32,000 bases of DNA from Pseudodesulfovibrio piezophilus C1TLV30 (GTDB lineage Bacteria > Desulfobacterota > Desulfovibrionia > Desulfovibrionales > Desulfovibrionaceae). Position 1 is the first letter of the stretch. The number at the start of each line of letters is the position of its first letter. The stretch is from positions 1,650,001-1,682,000 of the forward strand of contig NC_020409.1 in assembly GCF_000341895.1 (NCBI RefSeq), written 5' to 3'. Position numbers and translations under genes: made by a program. This document shows, piece after piece, positions 7,311 through 18,266 of this stretch. Below the pieces are notes generated by a model, which saw only the letters and a list, made by a program, of their open reading frames with translations, was not told where the DNA came from and did no database searches.

Positions 7311-9269
7311 ATGGCAAAGGGAAGCCAGGGACGCAAAGATCACAGCAGGGTGAAGATAGGACTGGTTATGGTCCTCTTTACACTCGCGCTGTCTTCTCTT
7401 TGGGTCCGAACAGGCTGGGTGCAGCTCCACGAGGGCGACATCCTGCTCAGCAAAGCATCGAAGCAAAGCCACGCCGCCGAATTTGAATACGGTGCGCGGG
7501 GCCGTATCTTCGACCGCAACGGCCAGATGCTTGCCACCAGCGTGGAAGCAAAGTCCGTCTATGTGCGTCCTTTTGAGATAGAGAATGTGGACGTCGCAGC
7601 CGATACCCTTTCCCGATCTCTGAACATGTCCCGCTCCAAAATTTACAAGCGCCTCAAATCTCGTAAAAAATTTGTCTGGATCAAACGCCAGGTCACGGAC
7701 AGGGAAGCTCTCGGTATCGAACAGGCCGATCTCAAAGGTGTCCGACTGGTAAGCGAATACTCCCGCATCTACCCCAACGGACATCTGGCGGGACAGACCA
7801 TCGGGTTCGTCAACATTGACGGCAAGGGGCTGGAGGGCATTGAACGAGTCTACAATGACCGCCTCAAACCCGGCAAAGCCGAATTCGTGGTACAGCGAGA
7901 TGCCAAGGGGCAGCGCCTTTACCTGGACGATCTGGGGCGCGAAATGAATATCAACGGACTTGATGTTCGCCTGACCATTGATACCCACATCCAACACGCC
8001 GCCGAGCAGTCGCTGGCCAAAACAATTGCCAAATACGATGCCCGCGCTGGTATTGTCATGGTGGTGGATGTTGATTCCGGGGACATTCTGGCTATGGCCA
8101 ACCAGCCTTTTTTCAATCCCAATGCAGTTTCGCACTCCAAGGCGTCCCACCGCCGATTGCGCCCCATTACTGATATATACGAGCCAGGTTCGACCTTGAA
8201 ACCGTTCCTGTTTGCCGCAGCCCTGGAAGAGGGGGTTATCGAACCTGACACGCTCATCGACTGCGAGAACGGACGCTGGAAGGTTGCCCGCAAGGTCATC
8301 CGGGACACGCACCCGAAAAAATGGCTTCCGGCCCACAAGGTACTCCGTTATTCTTCCAATATCGGGTCCGCAAAGATCGGTATGGATCTGGGGGCAGGAG
8401 TCTATTATTCCTATCTGACCAAACTCGGATTTGGCGAAAAGGTCGGCATTGGGCTCCCCGGTGAAGCCGCCGGAATTCTGATGCCGCCGGAAAGATGGAC
8501 AAGCATGGATCTGGCCGCCATCAGTTTTGGGCAGGGAATCGGCACCACAGCAATGCAATTGGCGAAGGCGTATCTCTGCCTCGCAAATAACGGTATTACC
8601 AAGGACTTGAATCTCGTCAAGGAACCGGCTCCCCACCGCCCCAATACCTCAGTCAGAATTTTCAAGCCTGAGACAGTTGACATGGTTCTGTCCATGATGA
8701 AGGAAGTGGTGCACGAGGACGGCACCGGCCGCAGTGCGCGTATTCCCGGAATCACCATGGCAGGCAAGACAGGCACAGCCCAAAAAGCTGCCAAGGGCGG
8801 CTATGGCGACCAGTATCTTTCCTCGTTCGTGGCACTCGTTCCGGCCAAAAACCCGGAAATACTTGTCATCACCATGGTCGATGAACCTCAGAAAGCCAAC
8901 TATGGATCCATGGTTGCCGCCCCGGTTTGCCGGGAAGTGACCGTGCGTACCCTCGCCTATTACGGCAAGCTTTCCGAGACTCTCAACACAGCCATGGCCG
9001 AAGATGTTTCCATGGATGTGTTGGTCGAACACCCCATCCACGGCTCTGTCGAAACTCCACAGTCGCACCCAATGACCGAACGGGTTCCGGATATCATCGG
9101 AATGCCCGTCCGCCGTGCGTTGGAGATGCTCGCCAGAAAGGGAATCGTCCCGGTGCTCAAGGGTGAGGGGATGACCGTCAAAGGGCAAACTCCGGCTGCA
9201 GGACAGCCATGGCCAGACGAATCAAACACGGAGGGAACGAATGATGTTTTTGTTCTCCGGCTCTCCTAG
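7311..9269 (+). CDS. ftsI: Class B penicillin-binding protein / peptidoglycan D,D-transpeptidase FtsI, with a C-terminal PASTA-like domain
   Basis: N-terminal transmembrane helix. Motifs: SxxK (GSTLKP), SxN (YSSNIG), KTG (GKTGTA). The last 63 or so residues look like a PASTA domain. Confidence 0.95.
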   Translation: MAKGSQGRKDHSRVKIGLVMVLFTLALSSLWVRTGWVQLHEGDILLSKASKQSHAAEFEYGARGRIFDRNGQMLATSVEAKSVYVRPFEIENVDVAADTLSRSLNMSRSKIYKRLKSRKKFVWIKRQVTDREALGIEQADLKGVRLVSEYSRIYPNGHLAGQTIGFVNIDGKGLEGIERVYNDRLKPGKAEFVVQRDAKGQRLYLDDLGREMNINGLDVRLTIDTHIQHAAEQSLAKTIAKYDARAGIVMVVDVDSGDILAMANQPFFNPNAVSHSKASHRRLRPITDIYEPGSTLKPFLFAAALEEGVIEPDTLIDCENGRWKVARKVIRDTHPKKWLPAHKVLRYSSNIGSAKIGMDLGAGVYYSYLTKLGFGEKVGIGLPGEAAGILMPPERWTSMDLAAISFGQGIGTTAMQLAKAYLCLANNGITKDLNLVKEPAPHRPNTSVRIFKPETVDMVLSMMKEVVHEDGTGRSARIPGITMAGKTGTAQKAAKGGYGDQYLSSFVALVPAKNPEILVITMVDEPQKANYGSMVAAPVCREVTVRTLAYYGKLSETLNTAMAEDVSMDVLVEHPIHGSVETPQSHPMTERVPDIIGMPVRRALEMLARKGIVPVLKGEGMTVKGQTPAAGQPWPDESNTEGTNDVFVLRLS

Positions 9270-9288
9270 CGAGAAAAAGGCAGGCGTT

Positions 9289-10761
9289 ATGGAATTCGAG
9301 ACTCTTCTCAAAAAAGCCGAAAAAGGCATGCTCGTCCGTACGGACTCGCGCAAAGTTCAGGAAGGTGAATGCTTCATCGCCATGCCGGGAACACATGTGC
9401 GCGGTATAGATTTCATCCCCAGCGCCCTGAACAACGGCGCGAAATACATTGTCGCACCCGAAGCGGCCCGCGATCTGGTCGCCCCCATCGTGGAGAAACG
9501 CGCTGTGGCCGTGTACCACGAAAACCCGGCCGTGGCCCTGGGCGAACTTGCCCGCGCCTACTTCAAACTGGTTGACCGGGACCTCAAGCTGGTCGGTATT
9601 ACGGGGACCAACGGCAAAACCACGACGACGTATATCATTGAACATCTTCTGGCCTCTGCCGGACTGAAAGTCGGTGTTCTCGGCACGGTCAACTACCGCT
9701 GGCCCGGTTTCCAGATGGATGCCCCGCTGACAACACCGGATTGCTGGATGATTCATGAGCTTATCTACAATATGAAGAAAGCGGACGTAGACGTCGCCGT
9801 CATGGAAGTCTCTTCCCACGCTCTCGACCAGTACCGGGTGGCCGGACTGGATTTCGATGCCGGAGTTCTGACCAACGTCACGCAGGATCATCTTGATTAC
9901 CATGGTGACATGGAAACCTATTTCGCGGCAAAGTCACGACTTTTCAATCACTATCCCCGTGAGTCAAAGACCAATATCCTCAACTACAATGATCCCTACG
10001 GACGGCGCATCCTTGCCGCCAGTGAGCGCGGCATCGGCTATGGTATCGGCAAGACCGGTATCGTCCGGCATGAAGTGGGTGACAAGCCCATGGTGCAAGG
10101 ACGAATTCTGTCCCTCACCGGACAGGGCATGAAGATTGAGACTGCTTACAAAGGAAAAAGCTGGGAAATAGACTCTCCCCTCATCGGCGCATTCAATGCC
10201 ATGAATCTGCTGGCAGCACAGGCTGTGGGGCTGGAACTCGGGCTGACCTGCAAGGACATGCGCAAGCTCAAAGACTTTCAGGGTGTCCCCGGTCGTTTGG
10301 AACGCGTTGCCAATGATGCCGGGCTGGATATTTTTGTGGATTATGCCCACACCCCGGACGCGTTGGAAAATGTGCAACGGAGCTTGAAGAATCTTGATTT
10401 CACCAGGTTGATCACTGTTTTTGGGTGCGGTGGAGATCGCGACAAGACAAAACGCCCGCTCATGGGCCAATCCGTGGCCCGCTATGCCGATGTGGCCGTG
10501 CTGACCTCTGACAATCCTCGGAGTGAAATTCCTGAATCAATCATGGATGACATCCGTCCCGGATTGGCCAAGTCGCCCCGGACTCTCGAACACCCTGACC
10601 GGCAAACAGCCATCACCATGGCCGTGGCCCAGATGCAGCCAGGTGACGCCCTGCTTATCGCAGGCAAAGGGCATGAGGATTACCAGATCCTCAAAGACGA
10701 AACCATCCACTTTTCCGACAAGGAAGCGGCTCTCAAGGCCATAGGAGAACGCACAGCGTGA
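9289..10761 (+). CDS. murE: UDP-N-acetylmuramoyl-L-alanyl-D-glutamate--2,6-diaminopimelate ligase
   Basis: Motifs: GITGTNGKTTTTYI, and DNPR (TSDNPRSE), which is typical of meso-DAP-adding MurE. ATG 9289 lies downstream of the ftsI stop. The alternative ATG 9241 would overlap ftsI by 29 nt. Confidence 0.93.
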   Translation: MEFETLLKKAEKGMLVRTDSRKVQEGECFIAMPGTHVRGIDFIPSALNNGAKYIVAPEAARDLVAPIVEKRAVAVYHENPAVALGELARAYFKLVDRDLKLVGITGTNGKTTTTYIIEHLLASAGLKVGVLGTVNYRWPGFQMDAPLTTPDCWMIHELIYNMKKADVDVAVMEVSSHALDQYRVAGLDFDAGVLTNVTQDHLDYHGDMETYFAAKSRLFNHYPRESKTNILNYNDPYGRRILAASERGIGYGIGKTGIVRHEVGDKPMVQGRILSLTGQGMKIETAYKGKSWEIDSPLIGAFNAMNLLAAQAVGLELGLTCKDMRKLKDFQGVPGRLERVANDAGLDIFVDYAHTPDALENVQRSLKNLDFTRLITVFGCGGDRDKTKRPLMGQSVARYADVAVLTSDNPRSEIPESIMDDIRPGLAKSPRTLEHPDRQTAITMAVAQMQPGDALLIAGKGHEDYQILKDETIHFSDKEAALKAIGERTA

Positions 10762-12200
10762 ATCTGACACTGGCTGACGTGGAACGCTGCTTGAGCAGCA
10801 TGGCCGAAGAGGGCCACGAAACTATCGCCATTACTTCGGTTCAGACGGATAGTCGGACCGTTGGCAAGGGGGACCTTTTCTTCTGCATTGATGGTGAGAA
10901 GTTCGATGGTCACGAATTCGCTGCCCAGGCCGCGAAGAGCGGAGCCGCCGGAATCGTCGCCTCACGCATGCTGGCTGATCTTGGTGTGCCCGTGATCATG
11001 GTCCGCAACACGACCACGGCACTGGGACGGCTTGCTGCCTGTTGGCGCGACACCTGTGGTGCCAAACTGGTCGCCGTCACCGGAACAGCCGGAAAAACCA
11101 CGGTCAAGGAAATGCTCTCTGTAGTGGTTTCCGAAAAATTTACGACAGCCAAAAATTACCGCAATTTCAATAACCAGATAGGGCTCCCTCTCTCCATGCT
11201 CAAGGCGGACTGCACACAAGATATCTGGATCATGGAACTGGGAATTTCAGTTCGTGGGGACATGGAAGAACTCGCGCCCATTGCCAGCCCGGACATGGCC
11301 GTCATCACCAATGTCGGTCCGGGACACCTGGAAGGCCTGGGGAATGAAACAGGTGTAGCTCTGGCAAAAACATCCTTGCTCAAATACCTTCGCCAGTCCG
11401 GTACAGCTGTCATCAGTCAGGACTACCCCCTGCTGTGGGATGCAGCCCGTGAACTGGTAGACAATCCGGTAGGATTTTCCGGCCTACCCTATGACCAGAC
11501 ACACGAATCAGCCTGGAATGACACTTTCGAAAAGACCGAATGCGACTACGTCGCATCATTCCTTGCAGCCGAAGCCAATGGTTGGGGGCGTTTCAGACTT
11601 CGTACCCCGGATGGGGATGGGGAAATAACCGCTCCCTTCTGTGGCGACCATTTTGCCGAAAATCTGGCCTGCGTGGCTGCGGCTGCCCACCAATTAGGGC
11701 TGACACGTGAAGATGTTATCAAGGGAATTTCCACGCTCAAGACCGACAGCCAGCGTTTTTGCTGCAAAGGATCGGACTCGGTGCTGGTTATCGACGACAG
11801 CTACAATGCCAATCCGCTCTCCATGGCTCATTCTCTGAAAACCGCTGCGAAAATGGCTGGTGCCAGACCTCTGGTGCTGGTGTTGGGTGACATGCGGGAG
11901 CTGGGTGAAGAAACATCCATGCGGCACGAGGAGCTTGGCCGACTGGTTCGGGACATGGCTCCCAAGGCATTCTTCTACAAAGGGTCTCTGCAAGAGGACG
12001 TCAGGAGAGGCTTGAACGGGAGTATCCACCTCTCTGAAGTTCACTCGCCAGAAGAATTCATACAGGCCTGGAACGATCTGGAGCTGGACGAGGCTGTCGT
12101 GCTCGTCAAGGGATCACGCTCATTGAAAATGGAAACTTTCGCCGGAGCCTTGTGCAAAAGGCTGAACACCATAGCGGGAACAGAGGAGACACCCCGATGA
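10758..12200 (+). CDS. murF: UDP-N-acetylmuramoyl-tripeptide--D-alanyl-D-alanine ligase
   Basis: Motifs: [21 protein letters not shown]. The GTG start overlaps the murE stop (GTGA). Confidence 0.93.
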   Translation: MNLTLADVERCLSSMAEEGHETIAITSVQTDSRTVGKGDLFFCIDGEKFDGHEFAAQAAKSGAAGIVASRMLADLGVPVIMVRNTTTALGRLAACWRDTCGAKLVAVTGTAGKTTVKEMLSVVVSEKFTTAKNYRNFNNQIGLPLSMLKADCTQDIWIMELGISVRGDMEELAPIASPDMAVITNVGPGHLEGLGNETGVALAKTSLLKYLRQSGTAVISQDYPLLWDAARELVDNPVGFSGLPYDQTHESAWNDTFEKTECDYVASFLAAEANGWGRFRLRTPDGDGEITAPFCGDHFAENLACVAAAAHQLGLTREDVIKGISTLKTDSQRFCCKGSDSVLVIDDSYNANPLSMAHSLKTAAKMAGARPLVLVLGDMRELGEETSMRHEELGRLVRDMAPKAFFYKGSLQEDVRRGLNGSIHLSEVHSPEEFIQAWNDLELDEAVVLVKGSRSLKMETFAGALCKRLNTIAGTEETPR

Positions 12201-13273
12201 TTTACAATATACTCGTCCCGCTCAGTCAGGACCTCGGCGTCCTGAATGTCTTTCGCTACATCACCTTTCGGTCGGTGTGGGCACTTCTGACGGCATTGAT
12301 CATCTCCATCCTTTTCGGTCCCGGCATGATTCGGTGGCTCCAGCACATCAAATGCGGCCAATATATCAAAGAAGACGGACCTCAACATCAGGCCAAGCAA
12401 GGCACTCCGACCATGGGCGGGATCATGATCCTTTTTTCCGTGGCTGTTTCCACCTTGCTATGGGCTGACCTGACCAATACATATGTCTGGCTCACCCTGC
12501 TTGTTTTTGCCGGATTCGGTGCCGTGGGCTTTGCCGATGATTATATCAAAGTCGTCAAACGCCACAACGACGGACTGTCGGCCAAGACCAAATTCTTCTG
12601 CCAATGCGCCGTTGCTGCCACGGCTATAGCCCTGCTCATCCAGGAACCGGCTTACTCTACCCAACTTTCCGTGCCGTTCTTCAAAAATTTCAACCCCGAC
12701 CTTGGCTGGTTCTACCTCCCCTTTGCCATGATCGTCATGGTTGGAGCGAGCAATGCTGTCAACCTGACAGACGGACTGGATGGTCTCGCCATTGGTCCCA
12801 TGGTCGTTGCCATGGCGTGCTTCTCCATCTTCATCTACGTCTCGGGACATGCTCAAATGGCCGAATATCTTGCCGTGCAAAATGTGCAGGGCATCGGAGA
12901 AGTCACTGTCTTTTGCGGAGCTATGGTCGGAGCCGGACTCGGTTTTCTCTGGTTCAACGCGCACCCGGCCCAGGTTTTCATGGGTGATGTCGGTTCGCTG
13001 TCTCTGGGGGGAGCTCTCGGTTTCGTGGCGGTCCTTGCCAAACAGGAGCTGTTGCTCGCTATTGTTGGCGGGGTCTTTGTCTTCGAAACCCTCTCCGTGA
13101 TCCTCCAAGTCGGATATTTCAAATTGAGCGGCGGAAAACGGATTTTCAAGATGGCACCGCTTCACCATCATTTTGAACTGAAAGGTATTCCGGAATCCAA
13201 GATCATTGTCCGATTCTGGATTCTCTCCATCCTCATGGCGCTTATGGCGCTGTCCACCCTCAAACTGAGATAA
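12197..13273 (+). CDS. mraY: Phospho-N-acetylmuramoyl-pentapeptide transferase
   Basis: Motifs: [24 protein letters not shown]. Polytopic membrane protein. ATGA overlap with murF, with GGAGAC upstream. Confidence 0.95.
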   Translation: MIYNILVPLSQDLGVLNVFRYITFRSVWALLTALIISILFGPGMIRWLQHIKCGQYIKEDGPQHQAKQGTPTMGGIMILFSVAVSTLLWADLTNTYVWLTLLVFAGFGAVGFADDYIKVVKRHNDGLSAKTKFFCQCAVAATAIALLIQEPAYSTQLSVPFFKNFNPDLGWFYLPFAMIVMVGASNAVNLTDGLDGLAIGPMVVAMACFSIFIYVSGHAQMAEYLAVQNVQGIGEVTVFCGAMVGAGLGFLWFNAHPAQVFMGDVGSLSLGGALGFVAVLAKQELLLAIVGGVFVFETLSVILQVGYFKLSGGKRIFKMAPLHHHFELKGIPESKIIVRFWILSILMALMALSTLKLR

Positions 13274-13287
13274 CCCGGAGCAATGAC

Positions 13288-14592
13288 GTGAATCGCATCG
13301 TTCGCAACTTCATCGAGCAATCCATCCTCTCCGACAAACAAGGAGTCGTGGTAGGCGTGGGCAAGTCAGGACTGGCCGCAGCCCGGCTCCTTGATGTGCT
13401 CGGAGCCAAGGTTCGAGTCGTGGATGTGAATGAAGGTATCACTGAGGAAGTCCTGGGACCGATGGCAGGCAAGGCTGACCTGATAACTGGACCGCACAAA
13501 AAAGAACATTTTTCAGACGCAGACGTCATTATTCTTTCTCCGGGCGTACCGGTCAAAAAAATGGCCCATGCCCTTGAAGGCATCCCTGCACGCACCCTTG
13601 TCTCTGAAATAGAATTCGCCTCATGGTTTATCGAAGCTCCGGTCCTCGCCATTACCGGAACCAACGGCAAGACCACGACAACCACTCTCATCAGCTCAAT
13701 TCTTGAAAGTGCGGGTAAAAAGACTTTTACCGGTGGCAACATCGGCACGCCCTTGTGCGAATATCTGCTTGATATGGACCCTGTTGACGTCATTGTCCTG
13801 GAAATATCCAGCTTCCAACTCCAGAACTGCCGACTTTTCAAACCAAAGGTCGGAGTCTTCCTGAATTTTGCGGCCAACCATCTCGACTACCATGAAAACA
13901 TGGAAGAATATCTCGATGCCAAACTGGTCATGTTCAACCGTATGACGGGAGAAGACACGGCTCTACTCCACGAATCCCTGCGCCCCGTCATCAGAGACCG
14001 AGGATTCACCAACGCCCATGTTGAATGGTTCGGTCCCACGGACCGCTTCCAAGCCCCGTATCTTCTCGGCGAGCACAACCGTTCCAATGTTGAAGCTGCA
14101 TGGCAGGCTGTCAGACGCTTTGGTGTCAGCGAGGTACAGGCTGCCGAAGCAATTCTGAATTTCAAACCCCTTGCCCACAGGATCGAACCCGTGGCCGAAG
14201 TAGACGGAATTCTCTTTGTCGATGATTCCAAGGCCACTACCCTGGACGCTGTTGTGGCTGCGGTAAAATCCTTTGACCGCCCGGTCCGTTTGCTCATGGG
14301 CGGTGTCTGGAAAGGCGGAGACGTTGAAGCCTTTGCCGAAAGCGTCAAGGATACGGTCGTGAAAATAGGGCTGTTCGGAAGCAGCCGGGATATTCTGGAA
14401 GCTCCTCTTTCCAAGGTTTTTCCCGTCAGTTGGGATGAAACTCTTGAAGAGGCCACCCTGCGGCAGGTTCGGGATGCGATCGAAGGGGACGTGATCCTGC
14501 TGTCTCCCGCGACCTCAAGTTTTGACCAGTACACCGGGTATACCCAGCGCGGCGATGACTTCAAGCGTGTAGTCGGAGGGCTGAATGAGTAA
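13288..14592 (+). CDS. murD: UDP-N-acetylmuramoylalanine--D-glutamate ligase
   Basis: Motifs: GVGKSGLAAARLL, ITGTNGKTTTTTLI. GTG start at 13288. Confidence 0.95.
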   Translation: MNRIVRNFIEQSILSDKQGVVVGVGKSGLAAARLLDVLGAKVRVVDVNEGITEEVLGPMAGKADLITGPHKKEHFSDADVIILSPGVPVKKMAHALEGIPARTLVSEIEFASWFIEAPVLAITGTNGKTTTTTLISSILESAGKKTFTGGNIGTPLCEYLLDMDPVDVIVLEISSFQLQNCRLFKPKVGVFLNFAANHLDYHENMEEYLDAKLVMFNRMTGEDTALLHESLRPVIRDRGFTNAHVEWFGPTDRFQAPYLLGEHNRSNVEAAWQAVRRFGVSEVQAAEAILNFKPLAHRIEPVAEVDGILFVDDSKATTLDAVVAAVKSFDRPVRLLMGGVWKGGDVEAFAESVKDTVVKIGLFGSSRDILEAPLSKVFPVSWDETLEEATLRQVRDAIEGDVILLSPATSSFDQYTGYTQRGDDFKRVVGGLNE

Positions 14593-15709
14593 TAAACTCA
14601 CCGCCAATACGCCCAATATCCGCATGGGAAAAATTGACCCATGGCTTTTGACTTCCACCCTGCTCTTGGGCGGTTTCGGTCTGATCATGGTCCTTTCCAG
14701 CAGTGGAATCATGGCCGAGCGTGTCTACAATGACACTTACTTCTTCTTCAAACGTCAGCTCATGTTCACCGGAGTCGGCATCGCCATCATGCTCGCCTGC
14801 ATGCAGATGCCCCGAAAGCTCCTTTACAGCCTGACATATGTCTGGGTCGCAGCGGCTGTTATTTTGCTCGCCCTGTGCGTCACTCCCCTTGGCGTCAATG
14901 TGAACGGTGCCAGCCGATGGATCAATCTCGGACCGGTGAACTTGCAACCTCTGGAATACTCCAAGATCGCGCTGGTCCTTTACCTCGCCTATTTCTTTGC
15001 AAGAAAACAGGAGCTTGTACGGACTTTCTCTGTCGGTTTCCTGCCACCATTCATCGTCACCGGCTTTCTGTGTGGCCTGCTTTTGCTCCAGCCGGATTTC
15101 GGCGGAGCAGTCGTCCTGGCAATGTTGCTTTTCCTGATGTGTCTGGTAGGCGGAACCCGTTTTATCTATCTCTTTGTTTCCTTCCTCTTCGGAACCGGTG
15201 CAGGATGGCTGCTGATCTCCTCCTCACCATATCGCTTCAAACGCTGGACTGCTTTTCTCGATCCTTTTGCCTCGGCACAAAACGAAGGCTACCAACTCGT
15301 TCAATCGCTCTATGCCTTTGGGTCCGGCCGTATTTTCGGCACAGGCATCGGCGCGGGCAAACAAAAACTCTTTTTCCTTCCGGAAGCGCACAACGATTTC
15401 ATCATGGCCGTGGTTGGTGAAGAACTCGGCTTCGTGGGCATGTCCCTCTTCTTCATCGTCATAGGGTTCTTCCTGTGGCGGGCGTTTCGTGTTTCCTTCA
15501 AACAGGAAGACCTGCAGGATCGCTTTACCGCCTTTGGTGTCACCTGCATCCTGGCCCTCGGCATGATCCTGAATCTGGCCGTTGTCCTCGGCACCGTCCC
15601 ACCAAAGGGCGTTGCCATGCCTTTCATCAGCTATGGAGGCTCCAGCCTGACCGTCTCCTTCATCTGTGCCGGTATTCTGCTCAACCTCTCAAGGACGGCA
15701 CAATCATGA
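14585..15709 (+). CDS. ftsW: Peptidoglycan glycosyltransferase FtsW (SEDS family)
   Basis: Polytopic membrane protein with SEDS blocks (RWINLGPVNLQPLEYSKIAL, PEAHNDFIMAVVGEELGF, ISYGGSS). The start overlaps murD by 8 nt. An alternative ATG lies at 14624. Confidence 0.93.
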   Translation: MSNKLTANTPNIRMGKIDPWLLTSTLLLGGFGLIMVLSSSGIMAERVYNDTYFFFKRQLMFTGVGIAIMLACMQMPRKLLYSLTYVWVAAAVILLALCVTPLGVNVNGASRWINLGPVNLQPLEYSKIALVLYLAYFFARKQELVRTFSVGFLPPFIVTGFLCGLLLLQPDFGGAVVLAMLLFLMCLVGGTRFIYLFVSFLFGTGAGWLLISSSPYRFKRWTAFLDPFASAQNEGYQLVQSLYAFGSGRIFGTGIGAGKQKLFFLPEAHNDFIMAVVGEELGFVGMSLFFIVIGFFLWRAFRVSFKQEDLQDRFTAFGVTCILALGMILNLAVVLGTVPPKGVAMPFISYGGSSLTVSFICAGILLNLSRTAQS

Positions 15710-16785
15710 GCCTAAGCAAAATCATTCTGACCACCGGCGGCACTGGCGGGCATATTTTCCCGGCTCTGGCTGTGGCGGACGAACTGACACGCCGCAATCC
15801 CGGTATAAAGATCCTGTTTGTAGGTGGAGCTGGGCCGGAAGGAGATATGGCCCGAAAGCACGGTCTGGATTTTCTCGAATTGCCAGCCAAGGGCATCATG
15901 GGGCGCGGTATCAAAGGAATTCTTTCCGGATTGGGGTGGCTCGGTTTCGGCATTCCCAAAGCCATGCACGCCGTCAAAAGATTCGCGCCGGATGCGGTTA
16001 TCGGATTCGGCGGATACGCGGGGTTCTGCCCGGTGCTGGCTGCCGCACTCTTGGGCATCCCAACTGCGGTACACGAACAAAATTCAGTGCCCGGTGTCAC
16101 CAACAAAGTGTTGGGAAAGATGGTCAAGAAAATATTTTTGAGTTTTCCGGATACGCTCGGAGCCTTTCCTCCGGCGAAGACCGTTCTGACCGGCAACCCG
16201 GTTCGAGCCGAAATAATCAATGCAGCCTCGGCCCGTGCTCAACGGAAAATCGGCAGGCATATCCTCGTCCTCGGAGGAAGCCAGGGGGCACGCGCCATCA
16301 ATGATAGCGTGATTCAAGCTCTCCCGATGTTCATGAATGCAGGAGTCAAATTGACTCACCAGGCAGGCGCATCCGATTATCAACGGGTTCACGACTCATA
16401 CAAGACAGCCCTGGCAGATTCGGGGCAGGTTCACGCCTTTATCGACAACATGGCAGCCTGTTATGCCGCGGCGGATCTAATCATCTGCCGATCCGGCGCA
16501 ACAACGGTTTTTGAAATAGCGGCGGCAGGGGTTCCGGCCATTTTCGTGCCTTTCCCCCACGCCACACATGACCACCAAACAATGAATGCCAAAGCCATGT
16601 CCGACATAGGCGCGGCCCGACTCCTCCCCCAAAAGGAAATGACCGGGGAAGTGTTGGCCTCTCTGGCACTGGAGCTTCTGAATGCTCCTGCGCAAGTGAA
16701 AGACATGGGAACAGCAGCACGTCGCTTTGCAAAAGAGCGGGCGGCTGCGGATATAGCAGTGGGCCTCGAGGCCCTGGCGGCATAA
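15706..16785 (+). CDS. murG: UDP-N-acetylglucosamine--N-acetylmuramyl-(pentapeptide) pyrophosphoryl-undecaprenol GlcNAc transferase
   Basis: Begins [28 protein letters not shown] overlap with ftsW. The track's 15475 start is an in-frame run inside ftsW. Confidence 0.95.
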   Translation: MSLSKIILTTGGTGGHIFPALAVADELTRRNPGIKILFVGGAGPEGDMARKHGLDFLELPAKGIMGRGIKGILSGLGWLGFGIPKAMHAVKRFAPDAVIGFGGYAGFCPVLAAALLGIPTAVHEQNSVPGVTNKVLGKMVKKIFLSFPDTLGAFPPAKTVLTGNPVRAEIINAASARAQRKIGRHILVLGGSQGARAINDSVIQALPMFMNAGVKLTHQAGASDYQRVHDSYKTALADSGQVHAFIDNMAACYAAADLIICRSGATTVFEIAAAGVPAIFVPFPHATHDHQTMNAKAMSDIGAARLLPQKEMTGEVLASLALELLNAPAQVKDMGTAARRFAKERAAADIAVGLEALAA

Positions 16786-16802
16786 GGCAGGGAGAAGGAA
16801 AC

Positions 16803-18263
16803 ATGGCAGCAGCACAGGGACCATACCTTACAGTGAGCGGAGAAGCGTGTCCGGCAATGCGGGCACGAGTCAACAATATCCACATGGTGGGCATTGGCGG
16901 TTCGGGCATGAACGGCATTGCCGAAGTTCTCATCAATATGGGATTCACCATCACAGGCTCGGACCTCTCGGCATCAGCCGCAGTGCGAAGGCTTGAAAAA
17001 CTGGGCGCTACCGTTTTCATCGGACACGGGGCGGATAACGTCGGAGATGCGGAAGTCCTGATCAAGTCCACAGCCATACCGGACAAGAATCCTGAAGTCA
17101 TTGCGGCCAAGGAGCGCGGTATCCCCATCATCCCCCGCGCCGAAATGCTGGCCGAGCTGATGCGACTGCGGACCGGCGTCGCCATTGCCGGAACCCACGG
17201 CAAAACCACCACGACATCCCTGCTGGCGACCATCTTCACTGAAGCAGGGCTTGATCCGACGGTCATTATCGGCGGCAAGCTCAATACCTTCGGAGCCAAT
17301 GCCCGTCTTGGCGAAGGCGACTATCTCATCGCTGAGGCCGATGAATCCGACGGTTCGTTCCTACTTTTGTCACCGATTATCACTGTCGTTACGAACGTGG
17401 ACAGGGACCACATGGATTTTTACGCGGATCAGCAGGCCATAGATGATTCCTTTACCAAATTCATGAACTCGATCCCGTTCTACGGCATGAATGTGGTATG
17501 CGGTGATGACGAGGGTGTACAACGCCTCCTGCCCAACATCAAACGCCCCTGCCTGACTTACGGACTTGGTCCCAAGAATAAGCTGCGTGGCGAAATCATC
17601 AGTTCCCATCTCCGGTCGATTTTTCGGGTTTATCTGGACGGAAAAGAATGGGGAGAAGTCACAGTAGCGCAGCCCGGCGTGCACAATGTTCTCAATGCCC
17701 TTGCCTGTATCGGAGTGGCCCTGGAAGCCGGATTGGAAAAGAAAGACATCATCAATGGCCTGTCCAATTTCGGTGGTGTCGGACGCCGGTTCGAACGCAA
17801 GGGAGAACGCAAGGGCGTGATGGTTGTGGATGACTACGGTCATCATCCGGCGGAAATTCTTGCGACACTCAAAACAGCCAAGGAATGCTTCCCTGATCGT
17901 CGATTGGTTATCGCTTTCCAGCCCCATAGATTCTCTCGAACCCAGGCGCTCTTCGGCGATTTCTGTAAAGTTTTTGCCGAGGCCGATCTACTGATGCTTA
18001 CTGAAATATATCCGGCCAGCGAATCCCCCATCCCCGGAGTCTCAGGGTTGTCCCTGGCGCAAGGAATCAAGCAGGTTTCCGAAACCAAGGTCCACTTCTT
18101 CCCGGACTTCGACGCCCTTGAGAAACGACTCAAGGACACCCTCAAGCCCGGAGACCTGTTCATCACCCAAGGCGCAGGCTCCATTTGGCAGATAGGTGAA
18201 AACTGGCTGAATCAGGCCGACACCCCGGATTTGGAAGAGGAATCCGGAGAAAACGAGGTCTAG
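16803..18263 (+). CDS. murC: UDP-N-acetylmuramate--L-alanine ligase
   Basis: Motifs: [36 protein letters not shown] lies upstream of ATG 16803. An alternative ATG lies at 16857. Confidence 0.95.
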   Translation: MAAAQGPYLTVSGEACPAMRARVNNIHMVGIGGSGMNGIAEVLINMGFTITGSDLSASAAVRRLEKLGATVFIGHGADNVGDAEVLIKSTAIPDKNPEVIAAKERGIPIIPRAEMLAELMRLRTGVAIAGTHGKTTTTSLLATIFTEAGLDPTVIIGGKLNTFGANARLGEGDYLIAEADESDGSFLLLSPIITVVTNVDRDHMDFYADQQAIDDSFTKFMNSIPFYGMNVVCGDDEGVQRLLPNIKRPCLTYGLGPKNKLRGEIISSHLRSIFRVYLDGKEWGEVTVAQPGVHNVLNALACIGVALEAGLEKKDIINGLSNFGGVGRRFERKGERKGVMVVDDYGHHPAEILATLKTAKECFPDRRLVIAFQPHRFSRTQALFGDFCKVFAEADLLMLTEIYPASESPIPGVSGLSLAQGIKQVSETKVHFFPDFDALEKRLKDTLKPGDLFITQGAGSIWQIGENWLNQADTPDLEEESGENEV

Positions 18264-18266
18264 ACA

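Noticed and set aside
7062-8636. A 524-aa ORF antisense to ftsL/ftsI. Similar long antisense ORFs occur at 3012-3839, 12458-13171, 21928-22692 and 26501-27466.
   Set aside because: I checked the phase of each. Their triplets are codon-aligned with the sense gene (same coordinate modulo 3). A stop would therefore need a sense TTA, CTA or TCA codon, and those are rare in this codon usage. The translations are low-complexity (Arg/Gly/Ala/Pro/Ser rich). The sense genes are unambiguous.
15475-15705. A 77-codon upstream extension of murG.
   Set aside because: It lies entirely inside ftsW in another frame. The MurG N-terminus ([16 protein letters not shown]) with its ATGA coupling at 15706 is canonical.
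13260-17299. Other long off-frame or antisense ORFs inside murD, ftsW, murG and murC, for example 13260-13877, 13887-14564, 15666-16304 and 16481-17299.
   Set aside because: They are wholly nested in strongly identified genes. Their composition is Arg/Ser/Pro-rich, which is typical of out-of-frame translation of GC-rich coding DNA. They have no SD or family resemblance.
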